From Vicinamibacteria bacterium (GTDB lineage: Bacteria; Acidobacteriota; Vicinamibacteria; Marinacidobacterales; Marinacidobacteraceae), in NCBI GenBank assembly GCA_965199715.1, contig OZ241322.1:320001-384000 (forward strand): 64,000 nt of DNA, read 5' to 3'. Below the pieces are notes generated by a model that was not told the DNA's origin, did not search any database, and saw nothing but the letters and a program-made list of their open reading frames with translations. Below, one piece after another: positions 38,074-46,442 of the stretch. The stretch's first letter is position 1. Every line of letters begins with the position of its first letter. A program made the translations under genes and the position numbers.

Positions 38074-38132
38074 CACAACATATTGTACTGCGGGGGCCGC
38101 CATACCACTACCGGTTGGGGTACCGTGCATCC

Positions 38133-39836
38133 ATGCTCGAGTGGTTGAGGGTGCGCAACGTCGCCCTGATTCCCGAGGCGTTCCTCGAGCTGGGAGAGGG
38201 GCTGAACGTCGTCACCGGGGAGACCGGGGCCGGCAAGAGCGTGCTCCTCGAATCGCTGATGCTCGCGCTCGGCGCCCGGGCTCCGTCGCGCGTGGTCGGC
38301 GCCTTCGGAGACCGGGCGTTGGTCGAGGCGGGGTTCCGGCTCGCGCCCGACGAAGCCCTCGGCGAGATCCTCGACGACCACGGCGTCGAGGCCGAGGACG
38401 GGGAGCTGATCGTCCGCCGGGAGCTGCGCGCGAAGGGCGCGGGGAGGATCCGGGTGAACGGGGTCCCGATCGCGGCTTCCGGGCTGCGCCGGATCGGGGC
38501 GCAGCTCGCCGAGGTGTTCAGCCAGGGCGCCCACCAGGAAATCCACCAGGCCGGCGGCGCCCGCGCTGCGCTCGACCGCGCGGTCGGGAAGCCCGATCGG
38601 ACGCGGCGGCTCCGGGAGGTCTTCGAGCGCCTGCGCGAACGGGAGGAGGAACTGGAGCGGCTCGCGTCCGCGCTGGCCCGGGAGGACGCCGAGCGGGAGG
38701 CGCTCGGGCGGCTCGTCGAGGAGATCGAGTCGGCCGAACTCGAACCCGGCGAGGACGAGGCCCTGCGGAACGAACGGCGGAGGCTCGCCGCCGCCGACCA
38801 GTTGCGCTCGCTGCTCCGGACCGCGCGGCGCACGCTCTACGACGCCGAGGAATCGGCCACGAGCCAGATCGGCGTCGCGCTGCGTTCGCTCGAGCGGGCT
38901 TCGGAATGGGATCCGGAACTGGAGCCGGCGCTCGTCCGCCTGCGCGACGCGCTCGCCGCCGCCGAGGACCTCGCGCTCGAGATCGGCGAGCGCGAGAAGC
39001 AGGTCTCGGCGGCCCCCGAGCGGCTCGGCTGGATCGAGGACCGCCTCGCGCTCGTGCGCGGCCTCGAGCGCCGGCACGCCGGAGGAGCGGGCGGCGCGGA
39101 CGCGCTCCTCGAACGGGTCCGGGAGGCGGCGGCGGCGCTCGGAGCGATGCGGGACCGCCGCGAGGCCCGGGACCGGCTCCGGGAGGAGGTCGCGGCGGCC
39201 GGGGCGGAGTACCGCCGGCTCGCGGAAGAGCTCTCGGGGGCCCGCCGCCGGGCGGGGAAGAGGATCGAGGCCGTCGTCAAGCGGGAGCTCGCCGGGCTGG
39301 GCATGCCGAAGGCGCGCTTCATGGTCGCCCTGACCGGACTTGCCGAGGATCCGGAACGCCCGACCGCCCAATTTCGGCCGCACGGGACCGACCGCGTCGA
39401 ATTCCGGTTCGCCGCCGCCCCGGACGCGGCTCCGGGGCCGCTCGGGAGCATCGCTTCCGGCGGCGAGTCGTCGCGCTTCTTTGTGGCGCTCAAGGCCGGT
39501 CTCGCCGATGCGGGCGGCCCGCCCACGACGGTCGTGTTCGACGAGGCCGACTCCGGCACGTCGGGCCGGATCGCGCATGCGGTGGGGGCGCGGCTGCGCC
39601 GGCTCGCGCGGACGCGCCAGGTGCTCTCGGTCACCCACCTGCCGCAGGTCGCGGCGCTCGGGGACGCGCACCTCGTGGTCGAACGGGTAGAATCGAGCCA
39701 GTCGGTGCGGGTTCGGGGTCTTTTGGGAGCGGACCGGATCGAGGAGATCGCCCGCATGCTGGCCGGCCCGGAGATCACCGAAAGCGCCCGGGCGCACGCC
39801 CGCCAACTGCTTTCCGCCGAAGCGGAGGATGCATGA
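38133..39836 (+). CDS. recN: DNA repair protein RecN
   Basis: TGETGAGKS, IASGGE.SR, VFDEADSG, THLPQVAA, EIARML. Confidence 0.97.
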   Translation: MLEWLRVRNVALIPEAFLELGEGLNVVTGETGAGKSVLLESLMLALGARAPSRVVGAFGDRALVEAGFRLAPDEALGEILDDHGVEAEDGELIVRRELRAKGAGRIRVNGVPIAASGLRRIGAQLAEVFSQGAHQEIHQAGGARAALDRAVGKPDRTRRLREVFERLREREEELERLASALAREDAEREALGRLVEEIESAELEPGEDEALRNERRRLAAADQLRSLLRTARRTLYDAEESATSQIGVALRSLERASEWDPELEPALVRLRDALAAAEDLALEIGEREKQVSAAPERLGWIEDRLALVRGLERRHAGGAGGADALLERVREAAAALGAMRDRREARDRLREEVAAAGAEYRRLAEELSGARRRAGKRIEAVVKRELAGLGMPKARFMVALTGLAEDPERPTAQFRPHGTDRVEFRFAAAPDAAPGPLGSIASGGESSRFFVALKAGLADAGGPPTTVVFDEADSGTSGRIAHAVGARLRRLARTRQVLSVTHLPQVAALGDAHLVVERVESSQSVRVRGLLGADRIEEIARMLAGPEITESARAHARQLLSAEAEDA

Positions 39837-41224
39837 GCGAGTCCCCCGGAACGCCGCGCTACCGGATCGAGACGTGGGGCTGCCAGATGAACGTCCACGA
39901 CTCGGAGAAGATGGCGGCCGCGCTCGCGAGCGCCGGATACGCCCCGGCGGGCGACGAGACGCCGGAGCTGGTGCTGCTGAACACCTGCTCGGTGCGCGAG
40001 AAGGCGCAGGAGAAGGTGTTCCGCCGGGTCGCGGAGCTCGCCGCCGGGCGCAAGCGCGGCGATCTCATGATCGGTGTGGCCGGCTGCGTGGCCCAGCAGG
40101 AGGGCGGGGCCATCCTCGCCCGCGCGCCGGCGGTGGACTTCGTCCTCGGGACCCAGAGCGTCGTGCGCCTGCCGGGGATCGTGGAGCGCGTGCGGGACGG
40201 CGAGCGGGGCGTGGTCGAGATCGGCCGCCATCCGGACAACCTCGACATCCCGCCCGAGCGGATCGAGCGGCTTCCGGGCGTCAAGGCGTACGTCACGATC
40301 ATGGAGGGGTGCGACAACTTCTGCTCGTTCTGCGTCGTGCCGTTCACCCGGGGACGCGAACGCTGCCGCTCGGTGGAGAGCGTCGCGCGGGAAGCCGAAT
40401 CGCTCGCCGCCGACGGATTCGTCGAGATCCAGCTCCTCGGCCAGAACGTGAACTCGTACCGCGACCCGGTCGCCGGCCGCAGTTTCGCCGAGCTCGTGGA
40501 CGCGGTGGGCGCGGTTCCCGGAATCCGCCGGCTGCGCTTCACCAGCCCGCACCCGAAGGACTTCGGCGAGGACCTCATGGAGCGCTTCGCCGACTCGGGG
40601 CCGCTCATGCCCCACATGCACCTTCCGGCGCAGTCGGGTTCGACCTCGGTGCTCGACCGGATGCGCCGGGGCTACAGCCGCGGGAAGTTCCTCGATCTCG
40701 TGCGCCGGGCGCGCGAGTTCGTGCCCGGTCTCGCGATCTCGACCGACCTGATCGTGGGCTTCTGCGGCGAGTCCGACGAGGAGTTCGCGGACACGCTGAC
40801 GCTGCTCGACGAGGCCCGGTTCTCGTCCGCCTACTCCTTCCGCTACTCGGAGCGTCCGTTCACGCTCGCGTCGCGGTCGCTTCCGGACGACGTGCCCGAG
40901 CCGCTCAAGCTCGAGCGCCTCAAGGAACTGCAAGCGCGCCAGCGCGGGATTCAGGTGGAGCTCAACCAGGCGCGGATCGGCGCCACGGTGGAGGTCCTCG
41001 TCGAGGGCGCCGCCCGGCTGCCCGGCCAGCTCCGGGGCCGGGGGCCGGACCACCGGGTCGTGAACTTCATGGGCGACGAGGCGCTCGTCGGGCGTTTCGT
41101 TCCCGTGGAGGTGATCGGCTGCGGACCGAACAGCCTGCTGGGTCGTCAAGCCGACGGCGGGGACCGGGATCCGATCCCGCTTCCCGTCCTTCAGGAGGCG
41201 CCGGGAGCGCCTCTCGACAATTGA
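39833..41224 (+). CDS. miaB: tRNA-2-methylthio-N6-dimethylallyladenosine synthase
   Basis: GCQMNVHDSE, NTCSVRE, CDNFCSFC radical SAM motif, TRAM domain. Confidence 0.97.
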   Translation: MSESPGTPRYRIETWGCQMNVHDSEKMAAALASAGYAPAGDETPELVLLNTCSVREKAQEKVFRRVAELAAGRKRGDLMIGVAGCVAQQEGGAILARAPAVDFVLGTQSVVRLPGIVERVRDGERGVVEIGRHPDNLDIPPERIERLPGVKAYVTIMEGCDNFCSFCVVPFTRGRERCRSVESVAREAESLAADGFVEIQLLGQNVNSYRDPVAGRSFAELVDAVGAVPGIRRLRFTSPHPKDFGEDLMERFADSGPLMPHMHLPAQSGSTSVLDRMRRGYSRGKFLDLVRRAREFVPGLAISTDLIVGFCGESDEEFADTLTLLDEARFSSAYSFRYSERPFTLASRSLPDDVPEPLKLERLKELQARQRGIQVELNQARIGATVEVLVEGAARLPGQLRGRGPDHRVVNFMGDEALVGRFVPVEVIGCGPNSLLGRQADGGDRDPIPLPVLQEAPGAPLDN

Positions 41225-41234
41225 GGGCGGGACC

Positions 41235-41735
41235 GTGGAAATCGAGATGACCATCAAGGCGATCCTGACGGTGCCGGCCACGAGGGCCACCGTCGTGCTG
41301 CTGAAGGAGGAGACCGGCGAGCGGGAACTGCCCATCTGGGTCGGGCCCTGCGAGGCGCGGGCGATCGGCGTGCAGATCGAGAACCTCGAGACGCCCCGGC
41401 CGCTGACGCACGACCTGATGCGCGAGCTCCTGCGCGAGCTGGAGGCGCGGGTGCACCGCGTGGTCATCCACAGCATCTCGGACCGCACCTTCCTCGCCCA
41501 CATCCACCTCGAGCGGAAGCGGCTGCGCATGGCCATCGACGCGCGTCCGAGCGACGCGATCGCGCTGGCGCTGCGCACCCGGGCGCCGATCTTCGCGACC
41601 TCGGACGTCATGGACTCGGCGGCGCAGCTCGGGGACATGACCCAGAACGGGCCGAGCGAACCCCCGCAGGACAAGGAAGAGCTGGACGCCTGGCTCGAGA
41701 CGCTGGACGAGGAGGATCTGGGCGGCGCCCAGTAG
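41235..41735 (+). CDS. Bifunctional nuclease family protein (DUF151)
   Basis: LPIWVG..EA, PRPLTHDL, IDARPSDAIALALR. Confidence 0.92.
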   Translation: MEIEMTIKAILTVPATRATVVLLKEETGERELPIWVGPCEARAIGVQIENLETPRPLTHDLMRELLRELEARVHRVVIHSISDRTFLAHIHLERKRLRMAIDARPSDAIALALRTRAPIFATSDVMDSAAQLGDMTQNGPSEPPQDKEELDAWLETLDEEDLGGAQ

Positions 41736-41742
41736 CGGAATC

Positions 41743-42522
41743 GTGCGCGGCTCCGTCATCGCCATCACGAACCAGAAGGGCGGGGTGGGGAAGACCACCA
41801 CCGCGGTGAACCTCGCCGCCGCGCTCGCCGGGGAGGGTCACGAGACGCTGGTGCTGGACGTGGATCCGCAGGCGAACGCGACCGTGACCTTCCTCGGCCC
41901 CGAACCGGTGGAGGCCTCGCTCTTCGACGTGCTCGGCGGCGACGCCCGCCTCGTGGACGTCATCCGGCCCACCCCCATTCCGCATCTCTCCATCGCGCCC
42001 TCCCACATTTCGCTGGCGCGGCTGGAGCGCCAGCTTCTCGGCGACATCGACGCCTACTACCGGCTGCGGGACCGCACCCAGCACGTCGGCGACCAGTACG
42101 ACTTCCTCATCGCCGACACCCCACCGACGCTGGGGATGACCACGGTGAACGCGCTCGTGGCGAGCCACCACCTGATCCTCCCGATGCAGCCGGCGTACTT
42201 CTCGCTCGAGGGAGCGGACGACCTGCTGGACACGCTGGAGCAGGTCCGGCGGCGCCCGAACCCCGACCTGAACCTCCTCGGCGTCCTCGTCACGATGGTG
42301 GACGCCCGCACCCGGCTTTCCCGGGACGCCGAGGCGCGGATCCGGGAGCACTTCGGCCCGAAGGTCTTCGACGCGACCATCCGGCGCAACGTCCGGCTGG
42401 AGGAGAGTCCGGCCTACCGCGAATCCATCTTCACCTTCGCGCCGTCCTCGCGGGGCGCGGCGGATTATCGGCAGCTCGCCGGAGAGGTGCTGGAGCGTGT
42501 CCAAGCGTACCGGGCTCCCTGA
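41743..42522 (+). CDS. parA: ParA/Soj family ATPase
   Basis: NQKGGVGKTTT, DVDPQANAT, DTPP, IRRNVRLEESP. Confidence 0.93.
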   Translation: MRGSVIAITNQKGGVGKTTTAVNLAAALAGEGHETLVLDVDPQANATVTFLGPEPVEASLFDVLGGDARLVDVIRPTPIPHLSIAPSHISLARLERQLLGDIDAYYRLRDRTQHVGDQYDFLIADTPPTLGMTTVNALVASHHLILPMQPAYFSLEGADDLLDTLEQVRRRPNPDLNLLGVLVTMVDARTRLSRDAEARIREHFGPKVFDATIRRNVRLEESPAYRESIFTFAPSSRGAADYRQLAGEVLERVQAYRAP

Positions 42523-43318
42523 GCGCGTCGGCCTTCGGGCCCGCGACCGCCACTACCTGACGGGAGGGACCGAACCCGAGACCGAGTCCGACTATCGGCT
42601 CATCCCGCTGGACCGGGTGCATCCGAACCCGGAGCAGCCGCGCGAGCGGGTCGGCTCGCTCGCGCCGCTGGCCGAGTCGATCAAGGAGAACGGGATCCTG
42701 CAGCCGATCGTGGTGCGTCGGATCGGCGCCAAGGACTTCCAGATCATCGCCGGCGAGCGCCGCCACGCCGCGGCGCGGCTGGCCGGGCTGCGCGAGATTC
42801 CCTGCTTCGAGCGCCAGGCCGACGAAGGGAAGACGCTGGAGCTCGCGCTCGTGGAGAACCTCCTCCGCAACGACCTGACTCCGTTCGAGGAAGCTTCGGC
42901 CTACCGCGGCCTCATCGACGACCACGGCTACACGCACGAATCGCTGGGCCAGCGGGTCGGCAAGACGCGCACGACGGTCACCGAGACGCTCACGCTGCTG
43001 CACATCCCCTACGAGATCCGCGAACTCTGCTGGAGCTCGGGAATCCACTCCCGCCGGCAACTGCTCCGGATCGCCCGCCAGCCGGACGCCGAGGCGATGA
43101 GCGCGCTGGTGCGCCGCATCGCCCAGGGCTTCGCCGATCCCGCGCCGTCGCCGAAGCGGGCCGCCGGGCGGGCGAAGCCCTTCGTGTTCCGGTACGCGCC
43201 CAAGGGAGGGCCGTTCCGGCTGCAGATGACGTTCCGCCGCTCGCAGGTCGAGGACAAGGAAGTCGTGGCGGCCCTGCGCGAGCTGCTGCGCAGCCTCGAG
43301 AACGCGGACGGAGACTGA
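42497..43318 (+). CDS. parB: ParB/Spo0J family protein (non-canonical HTH region)
   Basis: PNPEQPR, GILQPIVVR, IIAGERR, ALVENL.R.DL. Confidence 0.88.
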   Translation: MSKRTGLPERVGLRARDRHYLTGGTEPETESDYRLIPLDRVHPNPEQPRERVGSLAPLAESIKENGILQPIVVRRIGAKDFQIIAGERRHAAARLAGLREIPCFERQADEGKTLELALVENLLRNDLTPFEEASAYRGLIDDHGYTHESLGQRVGKTRTTVTETLTLLHIPYEIRELCWSSGIHSRRQLLRIARQPDAEAMSALVRRIAQGFADPAPSPKRAAGRAKPFVFRYAPKGGPFRLQMTFRRSQVEDKEVVAALRELLRSLENADGD

Positions 43319-43343
43319 CGGCGTCGGCACGCCGACATCGCTC

Positions 43344-43370
43344 CTAACTGACTGATCTACAATCGGTTAG
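43344..43370. promoter_or_regulatory. AT-rich imperfect inverted repeat CTAACTGACTG-N5-CAATCGGTTAG
   Basis: 9 of 11 positions are complementary; lies between parB and the selenoprotein operon. Confidence 0.45.
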
Positions 43371-43413
43371 ATTCATACATCCCGCTGCTTCGGGCGTGCG
43401 ATAGACTCGCGCC

Positions 43414-43974
43414 ATGAATCCTTCCCGACTCGCGCTCCCCGTCCTCGTCGGAGCGGCGCTCGCCGGAGCGCCGGCGCTGGCGCAGGACGACCGGACCGAA
43501 ACGCTCCAGGTCGGTTCCCCGGCCCCGGATTTCGAGCTGATGGACGCCGCCGGCGCATCCCACCGACTGTCCGAACTCGTCCAGAGCGGCCCGGTGGTGC
43601 TGGAGTTCTTCCGCAGCGGCGACTGGTGACCGTTTTGCAAGGCGCAGCTCGGCGAGCTGCAAGAGTCGCTGGACCGGTTCCGGGACGCGGGCGTGACCGT
43701 GCTCGGCATCTCGAAATACGACCGGGAGGAAACCGCGCGCTGGGTCGAGGAGAACGACTGGACCTTCCCGATCCTCGCGGACGGAGGCGTGGTGATTGAC
43801 GCCTACGGCCTCCGCAACCCCGACCACGATGGAACCGGGCGCCACGGCCTCCCGCATCCGGCCACGATCATCGTGGATCGGGAGGGGACCGTCCGCTTGT
43901 TGAACATCTGGGTCAACTACCGAGAGCGCACGCCGCCGGACGAGATCCTGGCGGAGATCGCGCAACTTCCCTAG
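43414..43974 (+). CDS. Exported peroxiredoxin-like (AhpC/TSA redoxin) selenoprotein with UxxC motif
   Basis: Track ORFs 43414-43629 and 43693-43974 share one frame. Reading through TGA 43627-43629 gives FFRSGDW-U-PFCKAQL. Also APDFEL, FPILAD, PATIIVD and a signal peptide ending ALA-Q. Confidence 0.88.
43644..43660 (+). other. SECIS-like hairpin GCAGCUC-GGC-GAGCUGC
   Basis: Perfect 7-bp stem with a G-starting loop 21 nt after the UGA. Confidence 0.7.
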
Positions 43975-43982
43975 GAAAGGCC

Positions 43983-44522
43983 ATGCCCCGAATCGCCCTC
44001 CTTTCGCTCCTCGGCCTGATCGCGCCGGCCGCTTCCGGCGCCCAGGTCCACATCGAGATTCCCGACTGGGAGAACGCGGCCGACTTCAAGCTGGTCGCGT
44101 CGCAGAGCGCCGTGCGCGACGGCGATCCGTTCGAGGTCGCGGTCGTGGCCGAGATCGAGCCCGGCTACCACCTCTACGGGCCGGACGAGAAGCCGCCCAG
44201 CGCGACCGCGGCCGAATGGAGCGCGCCGGAAGCGTTCGCTCCGGGCGATCCGATGTATCCGGAGCCCATCCGCCGAGATTTGTCCGGGCTGGGCGAGTTC
44301 GACCTGTACGAGGGCCGCGTCGCGATCCGGATCCCGGTGGACGCCCGCCTCGACGGCGGCGGTTCCGTCGAGGCCGAAGTGCTGCTGCGGTACCAGCTCT
44401 GCACCGACAACGCCTGCAGCGCACCGACCAGCACCACCCTGACGCTCGACATCCCGGTCGCGGGGAAGGGGGAGACGGTCGAGCCGACGCACGCGGACGT
44501 CTTCCAGGAGAGTGCGCGATGA
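43983..44522 (+). CDS. Exported DsbD N-terminal (alpha)-like domain protein
   Basis: Signal peptide; IEPGYHLY and YQLCTDNAC motifs typical of DsbD-alpha. Confidence 0.78.
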   Translation: MPRIALLSLLGLIAPAASGAQVHIEIPDWENAADFKLVASQSAVRDGDPFEVAVVAEIEPGYHLYGPDEKPPSATAAEWSAPEAFAPGDPMYPEPIRRDLSGLGEFDLYEGRVAIRIPVDARLDGGGSVEAEVLLRYQLCTDNACSAPTSTTLTLDIPVAGKGETVEPTHADVFQESAR

Positions 44523-44986
44523 GCGAGGTCGTCCACACCTGCCACGCGCGGATCGTGAAGCAGGCCGGCCCGGTGCGCCAGGCGTTCCTCGAGGACTTCG
44601 ACGCGCCGGTCCGCTTCGGAGTCCACAGCGGCATCGCCGCGTTCTACGGCGTGCAGCCGGCGGAGGAGATTCCGGCGACCCTCGACTACGTGGTCGCCGC
44701 CACCGGCGGTTGAATGGTGGGCACGCTCGGGCGGGCGCTCGAGGTACGCGGCATTCCGAGCCAGCCGGACCGGCTCGAGGCGAACGTGGAAGGCGACGTC
44801 GTGGACGAGGGCGGGGTCATGGCGCTCCGCCGGATCCGCATCCGCTACCGCATCGTCGTTCCCGCCGGGAAGCGGGCGGAGGCGGAGCGGGCGCTCTCGG
44901 TGCACGAGCGCGGATGTCCCTTGGCGAACACGCTGCGAGGGGCGGTGGAGCTCAGCTACACGGCCGAATTCTCGGACGCGGCCTGA
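44519..44986 (+). CDS. OsmC/Ohr-like selenoprotein
   Basis: In-frame TGA 44711-44713 in LDYVVAATGG-U-MVGTL, the position of the first catalytic Cys; second Cys in RGCPLANTL. ATG overlaps the upstream stop. Confidence 0.85.
44719..44740 (+). other. SECIS-like hairpin GGG(CA)CGCUC-GGGC-GGGCG-CUC
   Basis: Bulged stem with a G-starting loop 15 nt after the UGA; apical motif resembles the one at 43644. Confidence 0.55.
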
Positions 44987-44993
44987 ACGCGCG

Positions 44994-45482
44994 ATGGACG
45001 CGAATCCCCCGGACCTGCGGGCGTTCATGCGGAACGCGCCGCAGGCGGTCAGTGTGGTTACGGCGGCCGGGGAAGGGGGGCCTCGGGGGATCACCGTGAG
45101 CGCGTTCTTCTCGGTGAGCGTCGAGCCGCCCCTGATGCTGATCTCGATCGGGCGGGCGGCCCGGGCGCATCCGGCGATCCGCCGGGGTTCGTTCCGCATC
45201 CACCTGCTGGCCGACGACCAAGCCGGGGTCTCGAACCACTTCGCGCGCCCGGGCCTCGATTCGGCGCAGCAGTTCCCGGATCATGCGCCCGACGGAATCG
45301 ACCCGCCCCGGATCCCGAATTGCGTCGCGTGGGCCGACTGCCGGATCGTGAGCGCGCACGATGAGGCGGACCACACGCTCTTCGTCGGCCGGGTGACGGC
45401 GAGCCGGGTGGAGCGGCCGGACGCCCGCCCGCTGCTCTACCAGCAGGGGAGTTACCGCACCGTCGGGCCCGCTCCGGCATGA
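44994..45482 (+). CDS. Flavin reductase family protein (HpaC/RutF-like)
   Basis: VSVVT, GITVSAFFSVSVEPP, ADHTLFVG, PLLY. Confidence 0.92.
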   Translation: MDANPPDLRAFMRNAPQAVSVVTAAGEGGPRGITVSAFFSVSVEPPLMLISIGRAARAHPAIRRGSFRIHLLADDQAGVSNHFARPGLDSAQQFPDHAPDGIDPPRIPNCVAWADCRIVSAHDEADHTLFVGRVTASRVERPDARPLLYQQGSYRTVGPAPA

Positions 45483-46354
45483 AGGCGCGCACGTTCGTCC
45501 TGATCGGGACGCTCGCCTGGGGCTGCGGCGCTCCGGAAAAGGAAGCTCCGCCCCCCGAGCCGGTCGTCGAGCCGGAACCGCCCGCTCCCGAGCCCGAGCC
45601 GGTCGCGCCGCCGCCGCCCCCCCCCGAGCCGGACCTTCCGCGTTTCGGAACGCTCCACGTGGAGGGGACGGCGGGGGCGGCGGTGTTCCTTGGCGGGGAA
45701 CGGCTGGGCACGGTCCCCGGACGCTGGGAGGCGCTCAAGCCGGGGGACCATGACCTTCGGGTGGAACTGGAGAACCACATTCCATTCGAGGTCGAGGTGA
45801 CGATCGCCGCAGGCCGAACGCGAGTGGTTTCGGCGGTGCTCGACGAGCGGCTGGGCTCGATCATGGTCGAGAGCGACCACGCCGGGGCGATGGTGTTCCT
45901 CGACCGGAACTTCAAGGGAAACACGCCGGTGCGAATCGGGGAACTCCAGCCCGGGGAGTACCGACTGACGATCTCGCTCGAGGGGTACGACGTCGAGAAC
46001 CGGCGGGTGACCGTCGAGCGCGATTCGGTCACGGTTCGCGTGGAGTTCGGCGATCCGATTCCGACGCTGGAGGCCGCCGTGGCGGTCGTCCACAAGCACA
46101 CCTTCGGTTCCTGCGCGGGAACGCTCGCGGCGACCGAGGACGGATTTGCGTACCGGACCGACCATCGCGACGCCTTCACGCTCGCGTTTGGTCAAGCCGA
46201 GGCGTTCGAGCTGAACTACATCGAGAACAACCTGCGGCTCAAGGTTCGAGGCGGGCGCACCTACAACTTCGAGTCGCCGACGGACGACATGGATTCGCTG
46301 TTCGTGTTCCACCGCGACGTGAACGGCTACCGCGAAGCCGTCGCCGCCCGCTGA
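45479..46354 (+). CDS. PEGA-domain lipoprotein
   Basis: Lipobox AWGC, Pro-rich linker, two PEGA repeats (GAAVFLGG..LGTVP; GAMVFLD..KGNTP..LQPGEY). Confidence 0.82.
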   Translation: MKARTFVLIGTLAWGCGAPEKEAPPPEPVVEPEPPAPEPEPVAPPPPPPEPDLPRFGTLHVEGTAGAAVFLGGERLGTVPGRWEALKPGDHDLRVELENHIPFEVEVTIAAGRTRVVSAVLDERLGSIMVESDHAGAMVFLDRNFKGNTPVRIGELQPGEYRLTISLEGYDVENRRVTVERDSVTVRVEFGDPIPTLEAAVAVVHKHTFGSCAGTLAATEDGFAYRTDHRDAFTLAFGQAEAFELNYIENNLRLKVRGGRTYNFESPTDDMDSLFVFHRDVNGYREAVAAR

Positions 46355-46363
46355 GACCCGACC

Positions 46364-46395
46364 AGGCCGGCTCCGCTCCTCCCTGCCGGCTTTGT
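46364..46395 (+). terminator. Putative intrinsic terminator
   Basis: AGGCCGGC / GCCGGCTT stem followed by a T-rich tract, after the PEGA gene. Confidence 0.45.
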
Positions 46396-46423
46396 ATGTT
46401 ACATAAGATTTCTTATCGGAAGT
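46396..46423 (-). other. Chromosome dimer resolution site dif (XerC/XerD)
   Basis: Minus strand reads ACTTCCGATAA-GAAATC-TTATGTAACAT: 11-6-11 architecture with ATAA/TTAT inner cores. Lies between convergent genes, and KOPS polarity switches here. Confidence 0.88.
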
Positions 46424-46442
46424 AGCGTCGGCGCCAAGAAAC

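Noticed and set aside
38075-38086. ACAA-CATA-TTGT palindrome between tolQ and recN as a possible SOS box
   Set aside because: It does not match the lexA palindrome, and is explained by the tolQ -10 (TACAAT) and start region.
43325-43341. GGCACG as a second sigma54 site before the Sec operon
   Set aside because: No GC at the required GG-N10-GC spacing.
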